A stretch of DNA of 64,000 nucleotides from Octopus sinensis. Taxonomy: Eukaryota. The position numbers were made by a program, and so were the translations under genes. The number at the start of each line of letters is the position of its first letter. Positions within the stretch are counted from its first letter, which is position 1. Shown piece by piece: positions 53,091 to 64,000 of the stretch. Below the pieces are notes generated by a model. It was not told the DNA's origin, did not search any database, and was given only the letters and a program-made list of their open reading frames with translations. The DNA is taken from positions 7,936,001 through 8,000,000 of the forward strand of contig NC_043015.1 of the NCBI RefSeq assembly GCF_006345805.1, in the 5' to 3' direction.

Positions 53091-53537
53091 GTAGCGAGAG
53101 TTTTATATTGTCAGCTTTGTCAGTGCGACCATGAGATAGAGAATAGGAAGCCAGACAGTCTTAATTGAGAAAGAAAACAAACTATGCCTGATCATAGATA
53201 TAGCCAGCCGAGCTGACTAGGTATGCGATAAGGAAGAAAGAAAATTTGAGAGATATGACAGGTTAGCTTGGGAAGTCAAGCAGTCGGGGTCGATTAAATA
53301 GGTAGCAGTAGTACCAATAATTGTCGGAGCCCTGGGAACATTGAGCAAAAATCTCGAGAAATACGTGGAACAAATAGGGGCTGCAATAAGGATGGAGTAC
53401 TCGCAGAAAACAGTACTGCTTGGAACCACTCGAATACTCCGAAAAGTGCCCGAGAAATAAGAGCTGTGACCTTAGTTCACTGGTAGTGAACAGCTGACAT
53501 TGTAATACATCTTCAGCGTTAGAAGCTGTGCAAAGGC
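53091..53537 (+). mobile_element. 5'-truncated R4/Dong-clade LINE (RLE domain and 3' UTR) inside (TAA)n
   Basis: QCDHEIENRKPD..LIEKENKLCLIIDIA...KEERKFERY..L..E...VAVVPIIVGALG...SQKTVLLGTTRILRKV* (stop at 53460), with frameshifts. (TAA)n at 53062-53090 and from 53538. Confidence 0.92.
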
Positions 53538-54222
53538 AATAATAATGATAATAATATGTAGCTAAAATTTTACACTGGCAACTATGTCAGAAGTGGGGAT
53601 TTGAAGCTGGAGGCATATGTTATGATTATCGGTTGGAGTCGGAGAAATGCAAACTTTTGTGGGATTTATTTTTTCAAACTGGTAAGAAGCTAGAAAATAA
53701 CAGACTAGATATAAGGATAATAGGGAAGGAAAAGCGAGGATGCTTATTAATACCCGTTTGATACTCGAAAAGAAAAAAGGTAGATGGGATTCAAATCATA
53801 TGTAAAAATTTGAAATTGCAAGGACTTGGGGTATGAAAACTGTAAAAGTTATGCTTATTGATAATGATGATAATAATGATGGACTCTCCAGTCGAAGATG
53901 AGGCATGAGCGTTTAGCTTTATGCCAAACGACATGTACGAATGATTTGTTTATAGGATCAAATTTATGTCCTGTATATTAGTTCACTCTTTCCATCAAAG
54001 CGACGTCGTCCGAACAAGTGCACGGTATACCACGCCGAAGTCACGCGTCCACGGTATCGCATAGTAGCGTGATATGAAGTGTTTTTGCTCAATAACACAG
54101 CGTACCATTCGGTTTAGAAATTGAAGCCATGCAGTGATTAAATTCAAAAGAGATCTGCGCGGAGTTTGAACTTAGAAGGTGATGACGCACGAAATACTGC
54201 GAGTTTCTGCCAGCCTTAAAAA

Positions 54223-54270
<48 letters not shown>

Positions 54271-54273
<3 letters not shown>

Positions 54274-54485
54274 CTTTCTACTTAAGGCACAAAATCTGAA
54301 ATTTTGTGGGGAGGTTTCTAGTCGATTACATCGACCCCAGTGCTTCACTGGTATTTACGTTAACAACCCTGAAAGGATGAAAACAAAAGTAAACCTCAGT
54401 GGAATTTGAACTAAGAACGTAGCGACGGGCGAAATACCGCTAAGCATTTTCCCCGGTGTGCAAACGATTCTGCTAGCTCACTGCT
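54271..54485 (-). mobile_element. SINE (ggcggcgagctggcag family), near full length
   Basis: gtcgattacatcgaccccagtg...gaaaggatgaaa...ggaatttgaac...gaaataccgctaagc; the 3' end adjoins an (AAT)n tract. Confidence 0.88.
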
Positions 54486-55199
54486 TTAATAATAATAGTA
54501 TAAATAATAATAATAATAATTATTATTATATTATTATGAGAAGAAGAAGACTTTGGATATATTTAATATACGAAGATCGTTTATACGTGAATGTACATCA
54601 AAGGAGCAACATCGTTTTCTCAAACGTTATGATTACAGTTCATGTGCAATAAAAGTTCTACCTCTGTATAAAGTATAACAGAGGATTGGTAGCTTGGCAC
54701 AGACCCCATCTCATATCAAAGTCCAGATTTCGTCAACAGGGACGCGATTTAGTGAACAATAACCCTTTGAAGTATTTACTGTCGACTTCGTTCCACTTAT
54801 TTTGCAATCCATTGTTATATCCTCTCCAATTATTAACCTATACATCTCTGAGAAAATACATGATCAAAATCCAACGACACAAATCATGAGAAATAGCCCA
54901 AACAAATTTATTTAATCATAAACAATGTATTATAAGGAAGTATTCATGTTCGCTAAAATCAGTTATTTGTAGAATGGTTGTTCTTTAGAGTTTTATTACA
55001 AAAGATGCATATCTTCCAACACTATGGGGTTGCGGAGCAGGTAAGGAAAAAACACAGTATATGACATTCTTGGGATGGAGCGATTTCTACTCTTGTCAAA
55101 TATTTAGTGCAGCACGTACCGATGGATGTGTAAATAAACTACTGAAGTCTGTGCTATATTCACCGAATATGTCCTTAAGCATATTTACATATATGGATG

Positions 55200-55518
55200 A
55201 TATAACATGTATGTGGATCCCAACAAGTTTTAAAGACAAGATTAAAGAAAACGTTTAAGTGCCAGTGTGAAAAGAACTTTCGACTCAGGACTTAAAGACA
55301 GACGAAAGCTCCATGTGCTAACGATTTTATCAGCTTGCCGCTTTATATCATGCTTTACATTGTTTTCATATTTTAGCACAAGGCCATGAATTTTAGAAGT
55401 TCAGTTCGTTCTTTCGGGGTCGATAAAATAAGTAGAAGTTGAACATTAGGGTCGAAGTTATCGACTCGCCCTTCACTCGAAACTGCAGGCCTTGTGTCAA
55501 AATTTAAAATCAATATTA
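55200..55518. mobile_element. Two opposed SINE fragments of the same family
   Basis: Minus-strand head remnant around 55285-55345; plus-strand 3' half ctttcggggtcgataaaataag...ggccttgtgtcaaaatttaaaatcaatatt at about 55410-55518. Confidence 0.65.
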
Positions 55519-55967
55519 ATTATATGTTTGCGTGTGCATGCATGTGTATGAGTGTTTGTGCATGAGTGTGTAAGCGTGTATATGCGTGTGTGATCGTGTG
55601 TTTCTGTGTGTGAGTGCGTGTGTTTAAGACAGTTGAGAATCTAAATCCCAAACAGGTTTCAGTTGATTTTGATGTCGATTTTGGTTCTTTTGAATTCTTT
55701 ACGCAATCATAACATCCACTTGTGCGTGCATGTTGTAGTGTGAGTGCGACTGTGTATATATATATATATATATATATTATGTAGATGTGATTTTGGTGAA
55801 AATAACATCCAGGCGAATACAGTGGTGGCTCTCTATTGTATTCTAGGTTACGGCTAGTATATAGCAATCTGTATATAGCGTCTACAATTTCTATTAGTTA
55901 TCAGTCACTCTATCAATTCATTCGATAGTTAAATGTGATTCAGTGTTCGTTCAGTGGACGGTAACAT

Positions 55968-56056
<89 letters not shown>

Positions 56057-56059
<3 letters not shown>

Positions 56060-56268
56060 GGAAGCTTTATGAAAATAAACAAAAGACGAAGGCAGATGGA
56101 ATACAAACAAACAATTGTATTAGTATGGCGCTCAGGAATATAAATAAAACAAATCGTTTACGTTTCGAGCCTACGTTCTTCAACAGAAAGATACACAGAA
56201 AAGAAACACGGAGAGAAACAAGGAGAGAACAAAAATGCGTGCAGAAGCTAGCGAATCAATATGGCGAT
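56057..56268 (-). mobile_element. Short Penelope-like/retrozyme-like repeat inserted in (TA)n, with a hammerhead-like motif
   Basis: Minus strand atcttt-CTGTTGA-A-GAAC-gtag-GCTC-GAAA-CGTA-aacgat (56153-56192). Tail shared with 11735-11817. (TA)n on both sides. Confidence 0.65.
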
Positions 56269-56289
56269 ATATATATATATATATACATG

Positions 56290-57221
56290 GTTGTGTCTGG
56301 GGCGATTCATTTTCTTTTAGTGCCTTATTATTTAACACACTCACTGGCAATTTTTCCACTTATTTATCTTGCCTAAAAGTATTGTGGTGTCTTGCAACAA
56401 TTTGAATTGTCGTTGACTTAGCATTTTATCCAAGCACCCAAAGGACACAACCCTCAGACAAATACAGGAGTACGATCTTAGGAATGAAACATCCCCAGCA
56501 CTATATACGAAATATACGAATAAAGTAATCATACACACATAGCCACAGTTTATATTTATATACATGTAGAATAGTTTGTGGGGTGTTATGTAGATGTATG
56601 TGTGTGTTAGCGTGTATGTATATGTATATGCACATGTATGTTGCAAATGGATAAGAATGTAAACAGATAGACATACAGGCAGATAGGTACATAGTTAATA
56701 TGAACAGACAAGTACACATATACATACGCAAATGAAGACTGAAACACATGACCATATATAAACACAATTCACTTCACACAAGGACAGATATGGAGATACC
56801 CATCCATACATACAGACACAGTACATAGTTACACAAATCCATACACAGACGCACTTAGACATGCACACACAAGGAGATAGATGTACACACAGAAACATAC
56901 ACATGCACAGAAACACATGAATATGCGGAATATATACGTGCAAACATACACACATACATATATACATACATACACGCACAGACATGCATACACACACTTA
57001 CATGCATGCATACATATATACATACATAAATGTATATTCATACACACACACTGATCCACACATGCGCTGCTCTGACAACGGACAGATTCAGTGACAATTG
57101 AAAAGGTTGCAAAACGCACCGAAAAGTTTAGGAAATATAAATAAGTGAATGAGTGAAACTTAACCGGTGAGTGCGCTAAATAATAAGGAACTAAAAGCGA
57201 ATGACTCTCCCCAGACACAAC
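56290..57221. repeat. Inverted repeat pair (arms of about 150 bp) around a low-complexity spacer
   Basis: gttgtgtctgggg...ttttagt.ccttattattta.c.cactcac.gg at 56290-56440 matches the reverse complement of 57062-57221. Confidence 0.85.
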
Positions 57222-58674
57222 AAAATATGCTTCGACATATGCACTCACATAAAGGATCTTACAAACCAAATCCCCAAAGTATATATATAAATATATATAT
57301 ATAATCATATAAATATAAAGGAATCATAGATTTAAGTGTATCACTACAGATTTGTCATTTTTAGACTCTGGGACACCGAGATTTCTACATATCTGAACTC
57401 TACAACTATTACCCTGATGAAGGAAGGACAAGCAAACAGAAAGGATCAGAGACGGAAAGAGAATATTCTACCCCAGAGCAAGATAATTTATATATTCACC
57501 TCAAAATAATGCAACCCAAAGCAGACCTTAGCAGAATTGTAATGTAGAGTACAAAGAACGGGAATTATTTTAGCCATGCTCTGTATCCTATTCTCTAAAT
57601 AACTCTCTCTTCCTCTCTCTCTCTTACACAAACACACTCAAGTAAACACACGCATAGATACACACATATCTGTGTATGTGTATGTGTGAGTGTTTGCATG
57701 TCTGAGTATGTGTACTCAATTTGTCGGAGATCAGAGTGAAATAAATGAATGTGCTTCACACGATATTAAATCACTTAATTCGTTGAAAATAATGATAACC
57801 GCCGGTACGGAGCCAAACCATACACATATCCATTATGATTAAAGACAATTTAGCGAACACGATTAAATCCCTCTAGATGTTATTCATAGCTACATTTTCT
57901 ATCGAATAATTTTATTACGAATTTGTATTGGTGACTACAGTGACAGACACAATATACTGTATTAGCAAGACAGATTTAATTAAATGTTGAAAATCATTAA
58001 ATTAAATAAGATCAGACGTTAGATCCGCTCCTCAGTAGATTAGGTTTAATATTAAGCTAACCTCTACGGATTTAGCAACAGATTGACAATCTGGAAATCC
58101 TCGCACTCTGAATGCTAACTAACATTATGATCGAAAGAACGATGCAATTTTGGTATTTCATCAATTGATACATAATTCATCTTAAATTTCCACTATAATT
58201 TACTTACCAACGTAATACGAATTAATGATCATATAACGGCATACAAGTATTTAATTATACATACATATCTATCTTTCTACATATAAACGTAGAGAGAGAG
58301 AGAGAGAGATAGAGAGAGAGATTCATACATACATGTATACATAGATACGTACATCTATTTTTGAAATGTATATTTATCCATTCACTTAAACATACATACA
58401 TGCATAAATGGAGCTGTGTATGTACGTATACACAAACATAATTATTTCTTAATTAGAGCAACGCTACATTGTAACCTTATCTTAAAAAAAGAACTACATG
58501 GAACTTTGAGAAGGCCATTCCATAAGACGCAATTTACACCATTTATCTTGTTTCCAGTACATGGACAAACGTATAGCCGCGTATGGAGCTTCAAAACCCG
58601 CCTATACACAGATATACATACAAAGATATGCATACATATATGTACGTATATACGTTTTTGAATAGAAATTTATA

Positions 58675-59075
58675 GGCGCAGGAGTGGCTGTGTGGCAAGT
58701 AGCTTGGTTACTAACCACATGGCTGCGGGTTTAGTTCCACTGAGTGGCAACTTGGGCAAGTGTTTTCTACTATACCCTCTGGCCGACCAAAGCCTTGTGA
58801 GTGGATTTGGTAGACTGAAACTGAACGAAGCCCGTCGTATATTTGTATATGTATAAGTGTATGTGTTGTGTATCTGTGTTTGTCCCCCTCCTCAACATCG
58901 CTTGACAACCGATGCTGGTGTGCTTAGGTCCCTGTAACTTTGCTTTTCGGCAAAAGAGACTGATCTTACATGATAGGCGTACAGAGAATAAGTCCTGGGG
59001 TCGATTTGATTCGACTAAAGGCGGTGCTTTCGCATGGCCGTAGTCAGATGACTGAAACAAGTAAAAGGATAAAAA
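58675..59075 (+). mobile_element. SINE (ggcgcaggagtggct family)
   Basis: Full head-to-tail match to 9772-10195. Confidence 0.92.
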
Positions 59076-59716
59076 GAAAGAATGTGTAATTATGCATATA
59101 AACACAAAAACATACATATAATCACACCAATATCTATTCTATAAAAGCTTTGTTAGAAAATATATTTCTCTTTAAATGCGGACAAGAAGTATGACATTTG
59201 GTAATGTGTACATACACGTGCCTATTCAGCTGCCCGATACAGAACCCTTTCACCGTGCCCGCAGTTCAATGTCCTCAGAGTGACAGATATTTATTAGTTT
59301 GCTGTTCTTTAGTATGTGAGGAAGTAACACATTGAGAGACAAAATCGATCACAGTTTGAACTCTTGAAAGGGATTATCAAAGGGATTACCATTTCCAGAG
59401 TCTTGTATTAATTCGACTACTTTAAATTTCATGGCTGCGTTTAATAACTTTTTTGTATGATACTCGATCAAAAGGAGGCACACATATTGTCCTTTATATC
59501 CTATTCAATGCTGTTTTATATCTTATCTTTGGTACGTAAGGAGGTTTCTCTAAGACGTTTTCTTCCAGAGACTCGAAGCTTTGGAATTCAGCCGTCTTCC
59601 AAATGAATGAAATAGCTTAGATCATTCTACTTCTAAATCAGAAAGAAGCATCCCCTCCTACAATAGTTTTACTACCCTGACTTCAACATCGCTTTAACAT
59701 ACATCTCTGCAAGATA

Positions 59717-60075
59717 TACTCTTACTCTTTTTTACTCTTTTACTTGTTTCAGTCACATGACTGCGGTCATGCTGCAGCACCGCCTTTAGTCGAGAAAATC
59801 GGCCCCAGATCTTTTTCTTTGTAAGCCTAGTACTTATTCTATCGGTTTCTTTTGCCGAACCGCTGAGTTTCAGTGACGTAAACACACCAGCATCGGTTGT
59901 CAAGCGATGCTGGGGGGACAAACACAGACACACAAACATATATAAGGCGGGATTCTTTCAGTTTCCATATACCAAATCCACTCACAAGGCTTTGATCGAC
60001 CCGAGGCTATAGTGGAAGAACCCAGAACCATGTGGTTGGTAAGCATGTTACTTACCACACAACCACTCCTGCGCC
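59717..60075 (-). mobile_element. SINE (ggcgcaggagtggct family) with an internal deletion
   Basis: Reverse-complement match to 9772-10195. The segment containing the ttgggcaag motif is missing near 60020. Confidence 0.92.
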
Positions 60076-60149
60076 TGACAAGATTTTGATAATACCTCTC
60101 CTAAAAACGATCCAAATAATAGGTGTTTATTAAGATTGATTCGATGCTT

Positions 60150-61050
60150 TAAATATTCATATTTTTAAATGCATTTTTAATATTCTTCTGCCTGAACATG
60201 AAATAATTCTCTTTTGGTGGATCTTGTAACATTGACCAATAAATCTTTGAGTTTATTTGCGATGAATTTCGCATATCTGCCCAGCAAGTTGCAATGACAT
60301 TTGAGCATAGAAATCTTCTCAAAGTTGTACCCATATACAGCGTTATATGACAATCGTTAGTAAGATTTCAATGGCGGGGTCCATAAAGAATGGCATCTTT
60401 ACTAAGAATATTGTAAGACTGAACATGTTACAATGAAATCTTATCCAACAGTACATGGAGATCATTTTCATCTGTGCCACAATTTCAATATCATCAACCT
60501 ACAGAAATTATCTTTTCAGAAAATCAGATATGTTCGTTTTAAAATGTATTATTCATTTAGGAGTGGCTTGGTAGTACATATAAATAACTTCAAAGCAATC
60601 TCTGAAGAAATTGAGAAAGTATCTATAGTGAAACATATGATAAATAGAATGGAACTTATTACATCACCATGCTCTACCCCAACGTTAATTAAAAAAAAAG
60701 AAAAAAAATTGAAAATTTTCCATCATTTGTAACACAAGATATCATATCTTCATGAAATGTCTTGATATTTCTGCCTTTATCAAGACAATCATCTTTCCTG
60801 AGAAATTCTGATAACGCATCACGATTCACTGAACTAAAGATTCACTGTGTTCAATGAAGCAATGATAGAGGTCATAATTACATACGCTGGTATTCGTGTA
60901 CAACATGAACCCTTCACTTTCCGATACAAATCATGGGCAATAACAATATTCCATCCTATGTATTCACGAAAAAGAAAAGAAACTTATTAAACGTTCTTCC
61001 TTTCTGTTATACGATCGGAATTGTATTCATATGGAGCAGTGTATCATTTT
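60150..61050 (-). pseudogene. Decayed LINE reverse transcriptase fragment (APE-type LINE, clade unresolved)
   Basis: In order on the minus strand: IPI..KG...N(Y)RGI.LL...CIGK, LYHCFI, MISCVTNDG, INVGVEHGDVISSILF (starting at 60689), FL*VDDI..VA.DENDLHVLLDK (*VDD at 60490-60501). Confidence 0.78.
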
Positions 61051-61534
61051 GCTTCTGGTTAAATAATTTCCGTATCATACACATCGTAATATATAAAACA
61101 TTATATACTGAAGTTTGAAAGATGGTCTAACTGAAATCTTCAAATACGTTTTTGATGATGTGACATTTAGAATATCCACTGATGTTTGAAAATTCCGCGT
61201 TTCGTTCTTTAGCAAGTTTCTGTTACTAAATATCTATTAAGATATAAAGCTGTCTTTTTGACGTTAACCTCAATTTAAACATTTTTGCTTTCAAGTCAGA
61301 TTTAAATACTGTGTGTATAAGACCGTAAAGGTTATCGCGACTGAAGGCAAATAATTTTTTCTTGCATTTTTTTAAAACTAAAGACAAGGAAAGAAATATA
61401 TGTCCTCTACAATAATAGATTGAAAAGAATCAAAATTTGCAAGCGTCAAGATATCCCTAATTGTTTTCCAAAGATAGTGTCAAAGTCGAATATTTTCCTT
61501 GTTCACTTTATCTGATCATATATGAATATATGTG

Positions 61535-61579
<45 letters not shown>

Positions 61580-62540
61580 TATATATATAATATATATATA
61601 TATATTATATATATATATATATATCTTTGTTTTTGTGTTATACTTGTCTTTCATCTTTTAACTCTATTCTTCTCTGTTCTTATCGCAACTTCGCTTCTGC
61701 TGTTATATCAGCAAGAAATAAAGAAAGGTATTAAGAATATACCATTAATATACACAATGGTTCAATGATGTACAGTCGTTATAAAGATATTCACGAAGAA
61801 TTCCAGTTAAGAGATAGACGTCATGACAGAAAGAGAAAGTCAGCTGTACAATATAATTTATACATAAAGGGAAACATGATAAATGGCACACACATAAATA
61901 TACGCATGCATATGCCTACACAATCTTACACATACATATAAAAAGAACACATTCAGCGAGTGTGTATATGTGTTTATGATCGATCGTTAATAGTAAAGTT
62001 TAGAGCAGCTATCCACGTCCTTAATCCATTTCACAGTTCTTCACCGGTTGCAATTCACGCTTAAGCAATTTATCTCCCGTATGCGCATGGGGGTGATTGC
62101 GTATATTTTCGCATTCGAATCAATGGCCACCCTGAAGTACAGAAAACAATTCACTGTCATTATATTACATTCCACAGATTAGTCTATTCACATTATGAAA
62201 TTTGAGTTCGTGGTAAGTCGATATTACCTGCTATTTCCCCTAAATGACGGGTCATTATTATTGTTGTCGCTGTTTTGCTACAGAAAAATACAAGATCGAT
62301 CATTATAATAAACGTCTCAGCGGTGAACATCTATGTTTTCTTACGTAACTGTAATTTTATTGCACTTTCAACGATTTCTGATATGAGGTTTTGCATGGAA
62401 TGTAACATTGTCGTTATTTATAGGCAGTCCAGCGACAGCAGAAGCCCCTTTCATTTCCATATGTATTGAAGAATGAAATCAGGAGTTCCACCTACAGCAT
62501 AGGATTTCAATCGTTAGTTCTTATGATAAGGATCAGTTAT

Positions 62541-62926
62541 GGAAGCACTCCGTTGGTTACGACGATGGGGGTTCCGGTTGATCCGAATCAACGGAACAGC
62601 CTGCTCGTGAAATTAACATGTAAGTGGCTAAGCACTCCACAGACACGTGTACCCTTAACGTAGTTCTCGGGGATATTCAGCGTGACACAGAGAGTGACAA
62701 GGCCGGCCCTTTGAAATACAGGTACAACAGAAACAGGAAGTAAGAGTGAGAGAAAATTGTGGTGAGAGAGTACAGCTGGGATCACCACCATCCCCTGCCG
62801 GAGCCTCGTGGAGTTTTAAGTGTTTTCGCTCAATAAACACTCACAACGCCCGGTCTGGGAATCGAAACCGCGATCCTATGACCGCGAGTCCGCTGCCCTA
62901 ACCACTGGGCCATTGCGCCTCCACAT
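62541..62926 (-). mobile_element. Young full-length tRNA(Arg-like)-derived SINE with an 11-bp TSD
   Basis: A-box TGGCCCAGTGG, B-box GTTTCGATTCC. TSD ggatcagttat at 62530-62540 and 62927-62937. Confidence 0.95.
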
Positions 62927-63329
62927 GGATCAGTTATACACATTGTTTGAATATAAAACTTCCTTTCTTTTAAAAGTCTGCAGTCATTTAGCATGACATT
63001 GTGAAACTTATATACTATATTAAGGTAAACAATATTATAAATTATGGTAATGGGGAATTTACCCTCTCAAAAGTCAGATTGAGAAAATCGTTAGAGAGTG
63101 TGATAAAATGCATTTTAGCTTTATATCTGGTTATCTGCACTCTGAATTCAAACTCTACAGAGCCTTTTGGGTATGGGGTGAAAAGATATAGCAGAAACCC
63201 AGGACTTGCGCATGAATAAAATTTTAAAGCATCAGACAACTTAAATACCGGGATAGATCTTGGAAGTTTACGCTCTGATGCTAACGCCTGGAACGACACT
63301 AGTATCAAGCTGTGTCATTTTTTTTTATT

Positions 63330-63620
63330 AATATTTGAAAATCTGTGCTGGTCTGGAGAAAGAAACTTTGCGTATTTACGATAATATTGGATTTCTACAA
63401 TGTAAAAACCTTGGGCTGATACACATACACTTTTGGTGCACCTTTGCGAAGAAAAATGTCATAAGGCTGACCCTCGTCAGAATAAAAGGATAGAGACCAT
63501 GATCACGATATTTTGTTTTCACATGCAGTATAAAGATTTCTGTGTTCAAATGACGTCGAGTTCATCCATGTTGTTCATTGATAGGGAACGATAATAGCTT
63601 GAAAAATGTTGGGTCCCTGT
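63330..63620 (-). pseudogene. Possible very old piggyBac-like transposase remnant
   Basis: Broken frames PINEQ...RRH...IFI, SWSLSFYSDEGQPYDIFLRKG and PKV loosely follow SIDEQ..GRH..K.FI / W.L.S.DGYPY.F.IY.G / GP.VV. Confidence 0.28.
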
Positions 63621-64000
63621 GAAGTTGCACCTCCTCAAGGTGCAGCATTTTGGAAGTTCTGATTACGAATACGCTGTCACCTAAGAAACTATAAATTCAA
63701 AATGTGTTCCGATAGAAGGTAATGTTCTCTAAAACATTTGCAAAACTCTTGATGCACTAAAATCCCAAAATACATATGAAAAGAATGTTAAGCCTCTAGG
63801 CAGAAACAATACCTAAAGTAGCAGATTGTTTGGGAATTATCTAAAGACAAGTGGAGAGGTACATCATTTAAACACCAGGACGTATGAATATATTTGCTCT
63901 GCTAATTAGATATTTTAGTAAAATCTTTTCGATACAGTTAAAGTAACGTCAGGAAATGAAGTACAGGATATTCTCGATTGAATCGAAGCTGGTACTTGAG

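Noticed and set aside
57413-57450. CTGATGAAGG as another hammerhead core
   Set aside because: No stem II closure or properly placed GAAA follows.

Overview
AT-rich, microsatellite-dense eukaryotic DNA, intronic or intergenic. The repeat families resemble those of coleoid cephalopods (Octopus-like); this is an inference, not a database match. I recognise no intact host gene. Almost all ORFs in the track are translations of (TA)n/(TG)n/(CA)n tracts or of repeats. What the sequence supports is a layered mobile-element landscape: more than 25 tRNA-derived SINE copies or fragments from about 5 modular families; decayed autonomous elements (R4/Dong-type LINE 5' and 3' pieces, a second LINE RT, a DIRS-like RT/RNaseH, a Helitron Rep fragment, Tc1/mariner and possibly piggyBac remnants); a non-autonomous Helitron; a TIR MITE; a 254-bp loopless palindrome; and a 390-bp tandem duplication. 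The most interesting signal is a set of short Penelope-like/retrozyme-like repeats that each carry a different minimal hammerhead-ribozyme-like motif (4168-4202, 11682-11714, 32674-32719, 56153-56192, 57098-57130). Three of these, plus a core-deleted copy near 20540, share a downstream TTCCTGARC...AATAC motif; most end at (TA)n tracts; one is joined to a tRNA-like Pol III head. One weak candidate host exon lies at 50019-50213 (-). All alignments, identities and translations were done by eye; family names come from recalled motifs and need confirmation.
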